Origin: Vicinamibacteria bacterium
Lineage (GTDB): Bacteria; Acidobacteriota; Vicinamibacteria; Marinacidobacterales; Marinacidobacteraceae
Assembly (NCBI GenBank): GCA_963555995.3
Contig: OY821641.1
Coordinates: forward strand, 2,880,001-2,944,000
Length of the DNA: 64,000 nucleotides
Direction of reading: 5' to 3'
The notes under the pieces are model-generated. The model was given only the letters and a program-made list of their open reading frames with translations. It searched no databases and was not told the DNA's origin. Below are positions 19,642 through 29,734 of the stretch, piece by piece. Every line of letters starts with the position of its first letter. Positions within the stretch are counted from its first letter, which is position 1. Position numbers and translations under genes: made by a program.

Positions 19642-21225
19642 TCAATGACGGAAGTGCCGCGCGCCGGTGAAGACCATGGCCAGGTTCCGCTCGTCGGCGG
19701 CGGCGATGACCTCCTGGTCCCTGACGGAGCCGCCGGGCTGGATCACCGCGGTGATCCCGGCGTCGGCCAGCACCTCGAGCCCGTCGGCGAACGGGAAGAA
19801 CGCGTCCGACGCCGCGACGGCGCCCTCGACCGGGGACTGGGCCTTCCCGATCGCGAGCCGGCAGGAGTCGAGGCGGCTCATCTGGCCGGCGCCCACCCCC
19901 AGCAGGGCGCTGCCCCGCCCCACCACGATGGCGTTCGACTTCACGTGCTTCGCGGCCTGCCAGACGAACCGCAGGCCCTCCCATTCGACCTCCGACGGCT
20001 CCCGGCGGGTGGCCACCCGGTACGCCGACTCCTCGTCGCCGCGGTCCCAGTCCTGGACCAGCAGGCCGCCCGCCACCCGGGCGAAAGTGCGCCCTCCGGG
20101 CGCGAAACCCCGCAGGTCCCTCATCTCGATCAGCCGGAGGTTCTTCTTCCGCCGCAGCCGGGCGAAGGCGTCCGGATGGAACGACGGGGCGGCAATGGCC
20201 TCCAGGAAGGTCGAGGCCATCTCCTTCGCGGTGTCCAGATCCACCTCGCAGCTCAGCGCCACGATGCCGCCGAAGGCGGACACCGGATCGGTGGCGCGCG
20301 CGGCCCGGTACGCCTCCACCAGCGTGCCCGCGACCGCGGCGCCGGCGGGGTTCGAATGCTTGATGATCGCCGCGGCGGCTTCGCTGTCCTCGCGGGAGTT
20401 CGCCAGGTCGGCGACCAGCCGCACGGCGGCATCGAGATCCAGGATGTTGTTGTAGGAGAGCTCCTTGCCGTGGAGCTTCCGGGCGCCCGGGATTCCGGCG
20501 GGTCCGGTTCCCGGATCGCGATAGAGCGCGGCCGTCTGGTGCGGGTTCTCCCCGTAGCGGAGTTCGGCCACCCGCGCGAACTCGAGCGACACCCGCTCGG
20601 GGAAATCCTCCCCGGCGCCGCCTCCGGCGAACGAACCCGCGACCGCCCGGTCGTAGGCCGCGGTCGCGGCGAACGCCGCGCCCGCCAACCGGCGGCGCAG
20701 CGCGTGGCCGGCGCCTGGGTCGGGATCGTCGAGGGCGGCGAGCACGCCCGGGTACTCGCCGGGGTCCACGACCACCGTCACGTCGGGCCAGTTCTTGGCC
20801 GCCGCCCGAACGAGGCAGGGGCCGCCGATGTCAATGTTCTCCCTCAGCTCGTCGTCCCCGGCGCCCCGGGCGAGGGTCTCCTCGAAGGGATAGAAGTTGA
20901 CCGCGACCACGTCAATGGGCCGGATGCCCAGCGACTCGAGCGACTCGAGATCGTCCGGACGCGAGCGCCGCGCGAGGATGCCGCCGTGGATGCGCGGATG
21001 GAGGGTCTTGACGCGGCCGTCGAGGATCTCGGGATGTCCGGTGACCTCGGAGACATCGAGCACCGCGATGCCGGAGTCCCGGAGAAAACGCGCCGTGCCG
21101 CCGCTGGCCACGATCTCGAAACCGCGCTCGAACAGCCCCCGGGCGAAGGCGTCGAGGCCCTCCTTGCGGCTAACGCTGAGCAGGGCGCGGCGCGGGTGGT
21201 TGCCGGGGTCTTGCGAATCACTCAT
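19642..21225 (-). CDS. purH: Bifunctional AICAR transformylase/IMP cyclohydrolase
   Basis: GRVKTLHP, IDIGGP, LRYGENPHQ, KHVKSNAI, ASDAFFPF, TGARHFRH. Confidence 0.98.
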   Translation of the reverse strand: MSDSQDPGNHPRRALLSVSRKEGLDAFARGLFERGFEIVASGGTARFLRDSGIAVLDVSEVTGHPEILDGRVKTLHPRIHGGILARRSRPDDLESLESLGIRPIDVVAVNFYPFEETLARGAGDDELRENIDIGGPCLVRAAAKNWPDVTVVVDPGEYPGVLAALDDPDPGAGHALRRRLAGAAFAATAAYDRAVAGSFAGGGAGEDFPERVSLEFARVAELRYGENPHQTAALYRDPGTGPAGIPGARKLHGKELSYNNILDLDAAVRLVADLANSREDSEAAAAIIKHSNPAGAAVAGTLVEAYRAARATDPVSAFGGIVALSCEVDLDTAKEMASTFLEAIAAPSFHPDAFARLRRKKNLRLIEMRDLRGFAPGGRTFARVAGGLLVQDWDRGDEESAYRVATRREPSEVEWEGLRFVWQAAKHVKSNAIVVGRGSALLGVGAGQMSRLDSCRLAIGKAQSPVEGAVAASDAFFPFADGLEVLADAGITAVIQPGGSVRDQEVIAAADERNLAMVFTGARHFRH

Positions 21226-21320
21226 GGGCCGGAAGGCGGCGGATGCTAGCAGGGGTCCGGGACCCCATGAGTACTCTTGGAAGCCCTCGCCAGATTTCCG
21301 TATGGCGGCGGCCTGATCCC

Positions 21321-22757
21321 GTGTCCGAAAGCCAACCGAGAGCCCTCGCGCAGCTCCCCGCGGTGGGCAGGCTTCTCGAGACCGCGCGCTTCCGGAACCT
21401 CGCCGATCGCTTCGGGAGACCGCTCGTCACCGCCGCGCTGCGGACCGAGATTTCGGACCTTCGCCGGGCGGTGCGCGCGGCGGCCGTTCCGGCAGGCTTC
21501 TCCTCGGGTCCCGAAGCCTGGCTCGCCGCGGCGGTGGAGTCGCGGCTCGACCGGGCGGCCGGGCCCGACCTCCGGCGGGTGATCAACGCCACCGGGGTGG
21601 TCGTCCACACCAACCTGGGGAGGGCGCCGCTCTCCGAGCGCGCCGCGCAGGCCGTTTTCCGCGCCGCGAGCGGCTATTCCGATCTCGAGTTCGATCTCGA
21701 ATCCGGCGGCCGGGGGAGCCGCCAGGAACACCTCGGCGGTCTCTTTGAAGCCATGTTCCCGGGAAGGGCCTCGGCGGTCACCGGGAACGCCGCCGGAGGG
21801 GTGCTGCTGGCGCTCGACACCCTCGCCGCCGGGAAGGACGTGGTGGTGTCCCGGGGGGAACTGGTCGAGATCGGCGATTCCTTCCGGATCCCCGACATCC
21901 TGAAGAAGAGCGGCGCGCGGCTTGTCGAGGTCGGAACGACCAACCGGACGCGGATCGCCGACTACCGGCGGGCCATCGCGGAGAGCGAAGGAGAGGTCGG
22001 CGCGCTGCTCAAGGTGCATCAGTCCAACTTCCGGATCGTCGGCTTCACCGAGGCGGCGCCCACCGCCGACCTCGTGGCGCTGGGAGCGGAGTTCGGGATC
22101 CCCGTCATCGAGGATTTCGGCAGCGGCAACCTGCAACCCCTGGCCGAACTCGGAGCGGAGGGCGCCGGGGACGAACCGACGCTCGCCGACCGGGTCGCGT
22201 CGGGCGCGGACCTCGTCATCTTCTCGGGAGACAAGCTGTTCGGAGGACCGCAGGCGGGAGTCCTGCTGGGGACCCCGGAGGCGATCCGCGCCTGCCGCCG
22301 GAACCCGCTCGCGCGGGCGCTCCGCCCCGACAAGATGGCCATCGCCGGGCTCCAGGCGACGCTCTGGAGCCACCTGACCGGACGCGCCCGCCGCGAGGTC
22401 CCGGTGATCCGCGCCATCGCGCGTCCGCTCGAGGAGATTGCGGCGGCCGCGGAACGCCTGCGCGACTCCATCGGGCCTGCCGGAGGCTGGAATGTGGAAG
22501 TGGTTGCGGAGACTTCCCGCATCGGGGGCGGAGCGGCTCCGGGAGCGGGCCTGCCGACCCGCTGCCTGGCTCTCTCCCGCACCGGAAGCGAGGCGGAAGC
22601 GCTCCGCCGGCGGCTCCTCCGGAACGACCCGCCGGTGGTCGCCCGCATCGTGGACGACCGCGTGCTCCTCGACCTGCGCACCGTGCCGCCGGAAGAACAG
22701 GACGAGCTGCGGGCGGCCCTCCAGTCCCTGGTGGAAGGGCCTGATTCCCCGGGCTGA
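21321..22757 (+). CDS. selA: L-seryl-tRNA(Sec) selenium transferase
   Basis: LPAVGRLL N-domain, VINATGVVVHTNLGRAPL, SRGELVEIG, EVGTTNRT, FSGDKLFGGPQAG; start uncertain. Confidence 0.93.
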   Translation: MSESQPRALAQLPAVGRLLETARFRNLADRFGRPLVTAALRTEISDLRRAVRAAAVPAGFSSGPEAWLAAAVESRLDRAAGPDLRRVINATGVVVHTNLGRAPLSERAAQAVFRAASGYSDLEFDLESGGRGSRQEHLGGLFEAMFPGRASAVTGNAAGGVLLALDTLAAGKDVVVSRGELVEIGDSFRIPDILKKSGARLVEVGTTNRTRIADYRRAIAESEGEVGALLKVHQSNFRIVGFTEAAPTADLVALGAEFGIPVIEDFGSGNLQPLAELGAEGAGDEPTLADRVASGADLVIFSGDKLFGGPQAGVLLGTPEAIRACRRNPLARALRPDKMAIAGLQATLWSHLTGRARREVPVIRAIARPLEEIAAAAERLRDSIGPAGGWNVEVVAETSRIGGGAAPGAGLPTRCLALSRTGSEAEALRRRLLRNDPPVVARIVDDRVLLDLRTVPPEEQDELRAALQSLVEGPDSPG

Positions 22758-22796
22758 ATCCGGCCCATCCACAAAGTACCCTTCCCGGACCGCCGC

Positions 22797-23048
22797 ATGA
22801 TTCCCGCCCACGAACGATCCGGCCAGGTCGCTTCCGCGAACCCGGCCGGCGTCCTGTTCATCAACGGGAAGGAGCGCGCGCTGCCGCAGCCGGCCTCGGT
22901 GCGGGGCGCCCTCGCGGCGCTCGGGCTCCTGAGCCGCCCGGTCGCGGTCGAGCTCAACGGGAGCCTGGTGCGCCGCGCCGACCAGGAGACCACTGCGCTG
23001 AAGCCCGGGGACCGCGTGGAGATCGTCAGCTTCGTGGGCGGTGGCTGA
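22797..23048 (+). CDS. thiS: Sulfur carrier protein ThiS
   Basis: VAVELNG...[14 protein letters not shown]-terminus; overlaps thiG. Confidence 0.92.
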   Translation: MIPAHERSGQVASANPAGVLFINGKERALPQPASVRGALAALGLLSRPVAVELNGSLVRRADQETTALKPGDRVEIVSFVGGG

Positions 23049-23832
23049 AGTGACGTCGGTCGAAGACGCCCCGCTCTCGCTGGGCGGGCGCACCTTCGGG
23101 TCCCGCCTGATCCTCGGCACCGGCAAGTACGCGTCGCTGCCGCTGATGCGGGACTGTCACGCCGCCTCCGGGTGCGAGATGGTGACGGTCGCCGTCCGCC
23201 GGGTGGACCTCGACGCCGAGGAGACCCTCCTCGACTACATCCCGCGGGATCGCTACACCCTGCTCCCGAACACCGCCGACTGCTTCACTGCCCGGGAAGC
23301 GATCCGCACGGCGCAGCTCGCCCGCGAGGCGGGGCTCTCGAACTGGATCAAGCTGGAGGTGATCGGCGACCGGAAGACGCTCTATCCGGACAACGAGGAG
23401 CTCCTGATCGCGACCCGCGAACTGGTCGCCGACGGATTCGTGGTGCTTCCCTACACGAGCGACGACGTGGTGGTCGCTCAAAAGCTCGAGCAGGCCGGCG
23501 CCGCCGCGGTGATGCCGCTGGGAGCCCCCATCGGCTCCGGTCTCGGGATCCAGAACCGCAACAACATCGCGTTTATCCGCGAAGCGGTCTCGGTGCCGGT
23601 CATCGTGGACGCCGGCGTGGGAACCGCGTCCGACGTGACGGTGGCGATGGAGCTGGGCGCCGACGGAGTCCTCCTGAACACCGCGGTCGCGGCGGCGCGG
23701 GAGCCGGTGCAGATGGCCGAGGCGATGAAGCTCGCCGTCGAGGCCGGGCGGCTCTCCTGGCTCGCGGGACGGATGCCCCGCCGCCGCTATGCCACCGCGT
23801 CCTCGCCCCCGGCGGACGCGCCGCTCGCCTAG
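23041..23832 (+). CDS. thiG: Thiazole synthase
   Basis: [41 protein letters not shown]. Confidence 0.97.
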   Translation: MAEVTSVEDAPLSLGGRTFGSRLILGTGKYASLPLMRDCHAASGCEMVTVAVRRVDLDAEETLLDYIPRDRYTLLPNTADCFTAREAIRTAQLAREAGLSNWIKLEVIGDRKTLYPDNEELLIATRELVADGFVVLPYTSDDVVVAQKLEQAGAAAVMPLGAPIGSGLGIQNRNNIAFIREAVSVPVIVDAGVGTASDVTVAMELGADGVLLNTAVAAAREPVQMAEAMKLAVEAGRLSWLAGRMPRRRYATASSPPADAPLA

Positions 23833-24602
23833 TGCCGCCCGCCTCCCGCAAGCAGGCCCGGGGCGCAGGGAACGAGCAGACCCCGGACAGCCAGGCCGCG
23901 GAGAGAGCCCTCAAGCGACGGGCGGGACGGATCGTCCGGGTGCTCGCCCGGGAGTACGACGCGGCCCAGTGCGCGCTCCTCCACGACTCGGCGCTCCAGT
24001 TGCTGATCGCCACCATCCTGTCCGCGCAGTGCACGGACAAGCGGGTGAACATGGTGACCCCGGCGCTCTTCGCCCGCTACCCGACGGCCGACGACTTCGC
24101 CGACGCCGACCCCGACGAGCTGGAGGAGAGGATCCATTCGACCGGTTTCTTCCGGAACAAGGCCCGTTCGATCATGGGGGCCTGCCAGCGCATCCGCGAC
24201 GATTTCGGCGGCGAGGTGCCGGACACCATGGAAGACCTCCTGACCCTTCCCGGCGTCGCGCGGAAGACCGCGAACGTCGTCCTCGGCACCTGGTTCGGCA
24301 AGAACGAAGGGGTGGTGGTGGACACCCACGTGTTCCGCATCTCGCATCGGCTGGGCCTCGCGCCCAGGAAGAACACGGCACACACCGAGCAGCGGCTCAT
24401 GGCGCTCGTCCCGCGCCGGGAATGGACCAACTTCAGCCACCGGGTGATCCTCCACGGTCGGGCCATCTGCGACGCCCGCAACCCGAAATGCAGGGAATGC
24501 GCGCTGGAGAGCATGTGTCCCCGGAACGGCGTCGAACCGCCGCCGTCGGAGCGCGTCCGGACTCCCGGCCGGCGGCGCGCGAGGCGCCCGGCCTCCGCAT
24601 GA
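23832..24602 (+). CDS. nth: Endonuclease III
   Basis: LIATILSAQCTD, HhH LPGVARKTANVV, VDTHV, 4Fe-4S C-x6-C-x2-C-x5-C. Confidence 0.95.
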   Translation: MPPASRKQARGAGNEQTPDSQAAERALKRRAGRIVRVLAREYDAAQCALLHDSALQLLIATILSAQCTDKRVNMVTPALFARYPTADDFADADPDELEERIHSTGFFRNKARSIMGACQRIRDDFGGEVPDTMEDLLTLPGVARKTANVVLGTWFGKNEGVVVDTHVFRISHRLGLAPRKNTAHTEQRLMALVPRREWTNFSHRVILHGRAICDARNPKCRECALESMCPRNGVEPPPSERVRTPGRRRARRPASA

Positions 24603-25075
24603 ATCCGTCGAAGACCCTCTATCTGGCCAATCCGTACGGCTTTTCCGAAGGACTGCGGGCGGGGCCGCTCGAGGAGCTGGTCCGCGCGCTGGAAGCGCTG
24701 GGCGCCGAGGTCTGGGAGCCCTTCGCCCGCAACAACCAGGTGGACCGGGCCGCCCCCGGGTGGGCGTACCGGATCGGCCAGGCCGACGTGCGGGACGTCC
24801 GGGACGCCGACGGCCTCTTCGCGGTGGTCAACGGTTGTCCTCCCGACGAAGGCGTGATGGTGGAACTCGGGATGGCCATCGCCTGGCGGAAGCCGGTGTT
24901 CCTGTTTCGCGACGATTTCCGGCGCTGTACGGACAGCGAGGAGTACCCGCTGAACCTGATGCTCTTCACCGGCCTGCCGGAGAACGACTGGGAGAACTTC
25001 TGGTACCGGTCCGTCGCGGAGATCGCCGACCCGGACAAGGCGCTCGCCCGCTGGCTGCGCGAGGAACCCGCCTGA
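24599..25075 (+). CDS. Nucleoside 2-deoxyribosyltransferase family protein
   Basis: LYLANPYGFS, DVRDADG, DEGVMVELGMAIA, NLML. Confidence 0.85.
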   Translation: MNPSKTLYLANPYGFSEGLRAGPLEELVRALEALGAEVWEPFARNNQVDRAAPGWAYRIGQADVRDVRDADGLFAVVNGCPPDEGVMVELGMAIAWRKPVFLFRDDFRRCTDSEEYPLNLMLFTGLPENDWENFWYRSVAEIADPDKALARWLREEPA

Positions 25076-26115
25076 TGCGCCTCGGCCTCGAACTCGGCTA
25101 CCTGACGAAGGGATCGCCCGACCCGGTGGCGCTCGCCGAGCGGGCGGAGGCCGCGGGGTTCGACTCGGTCTGGGTGTCCGAGGCGTGGGGCTCCGACGGG
25201 GTCAGCCTGCTCGCCTGGATCGGCGCCCGCACCGAACGGGTCGCGCTCGGCACCGCCATCCTGCCCATCGGTTCTCGGACGCCCGCCCTGCTGGCGCAGA
25301 CGGCGGCCACCCTCGACATGCTGAGCGGAGGGCGGCTGATCCTCGGCCTGGGCGTTTCCGGTCCGCAGGTCATGGAGGGTTGGCACGGGGTCCCGTTCGC
25401 AAGGCCGGTGACCCGGACCCGTGAGACCGTCGAGGTCCTCCGGCAAATCCTGCAGCGGCACGAGAAGCTGGAGTACGCCGGGCAATCCATCCGGCTGCCG
25501 ATGCCGGGCGGCACCGGGCTGGGCAAACCCCTGAAGCTCATGCTCCATCCCCGCCGGTCCGAAATCCCGATCTACGTCGCCGCGATCGGCCCGCAGAACA
25601 CCGCGCTCACCGCGGAGATCGCGGAAGGCTGGCTCCCGTTCCTCTACTCGCCGGACCAGGCCGCCGAGGTCTGGGGTCCCGCGCTCGCCGCGGGCGCCGC
25701 CAAACGTGAACGCGAAGCGCCGCTCGAAATCGCCCCGATGGTGGACTGCGCGCTCGGGGAGGACCTCCCCCGTCTCCGCGACCAGCTCCGTCCCGGCATC
25801 GCGCTCTACGTGGGCGGCATGGGCGCGCGCGAACGCAACTTCTACAACCAACTCGCGCGCCGCTACGGCTACGAAGCCGAGGCGAAGACGATCCAGGACC
25901 TCTACCTCGACGGGCGGAAGGACGACGCGGCGGCGGCCGTCCCCGACGGGCTGGTGGACGAGATCTGCCTCGTCGGTCCCGAGGCGCGGATCGCCGAGCG
26001 CATGGCCGCCTACCGGGAAGCGGGCGTCACGACCCTGATCGTCGCGCCGCCGGTCGATAAGGACGGCCAACCCGTGCCGAACGGGCTAGATGTCCTGCGA
26101 GCCGCCGGCTCCTGA
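25075..26115 (+). CDS. LLM class (F420-dependent type) oxidoreductase
   Basis: GFDSVWVSEAWGSD, LSGGRLILGLGVSGPQVMEGWHG; ATG overlaps the previous stop. Confidence 0.9.
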   Translation: MRLGLELGYLTKGSPDPVALAERAEAAGFDSVWVSEAWGSDGVSLLAWIGARTERVALGTAILPIGSRTPALLAQTAATLDMLSGGRLILGLGVSGPQVMEGWHGVPFARPVTRTRETVEVLRQILQRHEKLEYAGQSIRLPMPGGTGLGKPLKLMLHPRRSEIPIYVAAIGPQNTALTAEIAEGWLPFLYSPDQAAEVWGPALAAGAAKREREAPLEIAPMVDCALGEDLPRLRDQLRPGIALYVGGMGARERNFYNQLARRYGYEAEAKTIQDLYLDGRKDDAAAAVPDGLVDEICLVGPEARIAERMAAYREAGVTTLIVAPPVDKDGQPVPNGLDVLRAAGS

Positions 26116-26154
26116 AACGGCCCGATGCGCACAAGACCGGCAGAACGCAAGAGT

Positions 26155-27198
26155 TCAGGAGTCCCGACCTGACCGCCGCCATTTGGCCACCAGTGCCTTC
26201 CTCCCCGAAACCAGAATGTCGAACCGACGCATCAGCTCGAGGCCGCGATGCCGCGTGCCAACGATCTCCTCGCCATCGTCGGTCCTTCCGAGGAGCATGA
26301 CCACGACGCCTCCCACTCTCGTCACGCGTACGATCGCTCGAAACGCGGCCTCGTAGAGGGCGCGCAGATCGGCGATCTGCGGATCGAAGTGCCCCCAGGG
26401 CGGATCCGTAACGACCCGGTCCACGAACCCAGCCCGCAGTGTGTCCAGGGTTCGGGCGTCTTCCACACGGGCTACTACCGGCCCGCCCCGCAGGCCCCCT
26501 CTCCGCTCGATCTGTTTCGCGCGCCGCCTGATGGCGCCCGCCTTTGCGGCGTCCTTCTCGAACGCGAAGGCGATGTTGTACGGCCGTCCCACCCGGGCAA
26601 ACACGATCGCACCGGTGCCCGCAAACGGGTCCAGAAAGACATCTCCCGCAGCCGGTTCGGACAGTTCGCACAACAGCTGCGCCAGTTCCGGCCTCAGTTC
26701 GCCTTGAGCGAGCGTTTTCTCGGTCGCCCGTCGTTGCGTCAGCCGGACGCAGAAATAGGCCCGTCCAGTGCGGCGCCGAAGTAGCCAGAACTCGATCCCG
26801 CCGCCCCGCGGGGCGTGCCGCAAGCCGCAATGCTGCTCGATCGTACAGATCAGTTTCTTTCGCGCGTCCGAATCTCCCCGAGTGAGCCGATCCCCATCCG
26901 ACAGCATCACTCGAAAACTCGCCGACCCGCGAATTTCCCGGCGGGCCGCCGCCACCCATGACGGATCCGCGGCCAGACGGCGCAAAAGCACGACCATCTC
27001 GCCGCCTGCGAAACCGCGCAGCACTGAGAAACAGTTGTTCAGGTATCGAAGATCTTGAAGCGCAGCGACCCGGGACGGGGCCGCCAGGCAGAGAAACCCT
27101 TCCTCGACTTCCGACACTGCTACCCCGGGGACATCCCGAAGCACGAGCTCCCGGACGAATTCCTGCATCCCGGCAACGCAGCGAATCAGATACTCCAC
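26155..27198 (-). CDS. Putative RNA amino-methyltransferase (THUMP-like plus Trm11/RlmL-type SAM domain)
   Basis: GELRPELA, LDPFAGTGAI, VVTDPPWG; codon style differs from neighbours. Confidence 0.75.
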   Translation of the reverse strand: MEYLIRCVAGMQEFVRELVLRDVPGVAVSEVEEGFLCLAAPSRVAALQDLRYLNNCFSVLRGFAGGEMVVLLRRLAADPSWVAAARREIRGSASFRVMLSDGDRLTRGDSDARKKLICTIEQHCGLRHAPRGGGIEFWLLRRRTGRAYFCVRLTQRRATEKTLAQGELRPELAQLLCELSEPAAGDVFLDPFAGTGAIVFARVGRPYNIAFAFEKDAAKAGAIRRRAKQIERRGGLRGGPVVARVEDARTLDTLRAGFVDRVVTDPPWGHFDPQIADLRALYEAAFRAIVRVTRVGGVVVMLLGRTDDGEEIVGTRHRGLELMRRFDILVSGRKALVAKWRRSGRDS

Positions 27199-27404
27199 GA
27201 TTTCTCACTCACCTTGACGGTCGCTCGGATCCATGACCCTCGACGCCGCGCCGGCAGATCAGCGCACACAACATAGGTCATTTACCGCCAAAGCCGGGCC
27301 GGGAGACCTCTGGCTCGACCGCGCGTCAGAGCATGCGGCGTAACCGACCGGCGCTGCCGTGCGTCGTGCAGTTCGCCCCGGTTCGCGTGGCGTAGAGTCC
27401 CGAG

Positions 27405-28001
27405 ATGACGCTCCTCGTCCTGTTTCTGGCGTTCTACGGGATGACCGTGGTGCGGGCGCTGCTCGTTCGCCGGAGAACGGGGATCAACCCGGTGAAGTTG
27501 CAGGCGGACGACTCGGTATACGAGGTGACGGGCCGGGTTCTGAAGGCGAGCATCGGGACCTGGCTGCTCATCAGTCTGGTGTACGCCTTCGCGCCGGGCG
27601 TGAAGCCGTGGCTCGGCCCCATCCAGTACCTCGAGACGGAGGCCGTTCATCAGACCGGCACCATCGTCGCCGCGATCGCGATCCTGTGGATCGGCATCGC
27701 GCAGGCCCAGATGTCCGCTTCCTTCCGCATGGGAATCGATGCTTCCGAGAAGACGACCCTCGTCCGTCACGGGTTCTTCTCGTGGTCGCGAAACCCCATC
27801 TACCTCGGTCTCCTGACGGGGGTGGCCGGGTTCTTCCTGGTGGCGCCCAACGCCCTCAGCTTCGGCGCCTTCGTCGCCGCCTGGACCGGGATCAAGATCC
27901 AGGTCCGGCTGGAGGAGGAGTACCTGCTCTCGCACCACGGCGACGCCTACCGGGAGTACCAGGCCACCGTGCGGCGGTGGATCGGAACGCGGCGCGGCTG
28001 A
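27405..28001 (+). CDS. Isoprenylcysteine carboxylmethyltransferase (ICMT/PEMT) family membrane protein
   Basis: TM helices; LVRHGFFSWSRNPIYLG and EEEYL...YREY motifs. Confidence 0.85.
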   Translation: MTLLVLFLAFYGMTVVRALLVRRRTGINPVKLQADDSVYEVTGRVLKASIGTWLLISLVYAFAPGVKPWLGPIQYLETEAVHQTGTIVAAIAILWIGIAQAQMSASFRMGIDASEKTTLVRHGFFSWSRNPIYLGLLTGVAGFFLVAPNALSFGAFVAAWTGIKIQVRLEEEYLLSHHGDAYREYQATVRRWIGTRRG

Positions 28002-28035
28002 CCGGAGGTCGGACAACAGCCGTGACGGCGCCGCC

Positions 28036-28643
28036 GGCTTGGAACGCCGGTCTCCAGACCGGCACGCGCGGTGCTCCGCACCGCGCACGGCGCGGCGCTG
28101 ACCTGCGGAATGACTCTGTCTTGTGGTGCGGGGAACTGTCGCGCACCGGCTTCGCGAATGCGGGGAGCTTGCGTTCCCCGGCCCCGTGAGTGCGGGGAGC
28201 TGCGTTCCGAGTCGGGACGCCATCTGGGCTCGGAGCGTCACGACGTGCGCGGCGCGGAGCGACGCGCGTGCCGGGCTGGAGACCGGCGGTCCAGGCCGGG
28301 GGTGTCATCCGGGCTGGCGGCGTTCCGACGTGCGCGGTGCGGAGTGCTGGCGCGTGCCGGGCTGGAGACCGGCGGTCCAGGCCGGGGGTGTCATCCGGGC
28401 TGGCGGCGTTCCGACGTGCGCGGCGCGGAGCGACGCGCGTGCCGGGCTGGAGACCGGCGGTCCAAGCCGGGGGTGTCGTCTGGGCTCGCGGCGTTGCGAC
28501 GTGCGCGGCGCGGAGCGACGCGCGTGCCGGGCTGGAGACCGGCGGTCCAGGCCGGGGGTGTCGTCTGGGCTGGCGGCGTTGCGACGTGCGCGGCGCGGAG
28601 CGACGCGCGTGCCGGGCTGGAGACCGGCGGTCCAGGCCGGGGG
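28036..28643. repeat. Family B REP cluster: one inverted copy plus five tandem 85-86 bp units
   Basis: Units start at 28241, 28326, 28412, 28497 and 28582, each containing GTGCCGGGCTGGAGACCGGCGGTCCA. Confidence 0.9.
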
Positions 28644-28648
28644 CGCCG

Positions 28649-29734
28649 CTACGGGGTCCAGGCCTGGGCGCGTTCGAGGAACACGGAGGGGTTGGCCAGC
28701 CAGTCCGCGTAGCCGAGGTTCCGTTCGTCGGTGAGGTAGTCGAGCTTGTCGTCGAGGCAGGCGAGCAGAACTTCCTCGCCCTGATCGAGGGCGAATCCGC
28801 CGAGTTCGACCTCCGTGTCGAGGGCGGTCACCACGAAGAAGCCGTCGGAGGACGCTGCCGCGGCGCGGTTCCCGATCTCGTCGCCCGCCAGCGCGTCCAC
28901 TCCCCGGGTGGCCAGCGCCAGGAGTTGCTCGGCCCCAAGCGATTCGGCGCCGAAGAAAACGACCTGCGGATAACCGGGAGACGGCGGCTCCAGGTGGCTG
29001 CGTCCAGCGAGGTTCGCGGACGACCCGCTCGCGGCAATGCGAAAGGCCTCGGTGCCGTCGGCGACGACGACCCCTTCGGGGGTGGTGACGCTGGTCCCCG
29101 CCAGCAGCACGCCGCCGTCATCAATGAGTCCGACGATCCGCAGGAAGCGCGACTCGCCGGTCGTCTCCACCGAGACGCCGACGCGAGCCTCGCTCGTCAG
29201 GTCGCTGTATTCGCGGAGGGTCGCGGCGTCGGCGTCCCGCACGAGGAGCGAGTGGCGGAACTCGATGTGGCCCGACGTGAACGCGACCGCGGGAACGCCG
29301 GACGCATCCCGCGTGCGTTCCTCCAGGATCGTGATGCCGCCTCCCACCAGGCCGAACTCGGCGGTGGCCGGAAGCAGCCAGATCCCCGGCCAGTCGGCGA
29401 TGCCGCGGCGGTTGAAGGCGAGCCCGGCGCCGTCCATCGCTTCGAGCGCGCTCAGGAGATCGGCTTCGTAGCCGCGATGCTCGTCGAAGGCCGGCGAGTC
29501 CGGGTCGGGATCACCGCTGTAGCTGATCGGGTCGTAGAACGCGAAGAAGCCGAACTCGAGGACACGCCCTTCCTCCGCGCAGCGGACGGGGGCCGGGGCG
29601 GTGGGCGCGGGAGCCGGCGCCGGGGCCGTCGGCGACCGTGACGGGGCGTCCGAACCTTCATCGCACCCGGCGGCCGCGACACCGAACGCGAACGCGGCGG
29701 TCAGGAGAGGACGGGGAGCGCCGAACCGCGTCAT
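28649..29734 (-). CDS. Solute-binding lipoprotein (family 3, amino-acid type)
   Basis: Lipobox AAAG-C, Pro/Ala linker, GYEADLL, GGGITILEERT; ATG overlaps the dapF stop. Confidence 0.75.
   Translation of the reverse strand: MTRFGAPRPLLTAAFAFGVAAAGCDEGSDAPSRSPTAPAPAPAPTAPAPVRCAEEGRVLEFGFFAFYDPISYSGDPDPDSPAFDEHRGYEADLLSALEAMDGAGLAFNRRGIADWPGIWLLPATAEFGLVGGGITILEERTRDASGVPAVAFTSGHIEFRHSLLVRDADAATLREYSDLTSEARVGVSVETTGESRFLRIVGLIDDGGVLLAGTSVTTPEGVVVADGTEAFRIAASGSSANLAGRSHLEPPSPGYPQVVFFGAESLGAEQLLALATRGVDALAGDEIGNRAAAASSDGFFVVTALDTEVELGGFALDQGEEVLLACLDDKLDYLTDERNLGYADWLANPSVFLERAQAWTP

Noticed and set aside
21321-23832. A selenium-thiazole pathway from selA-thiS-thiG adjacency
   Set aside because: All three proteins look canonical, and adjacency alone does not support a shared pathway.
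28241-28643. CRISPR-like appearance of the 85-bp tandem units
   Set aside because: The units are near-identical throughout with no unique spacers, and they are built from the dispersed REP-like palindrome.
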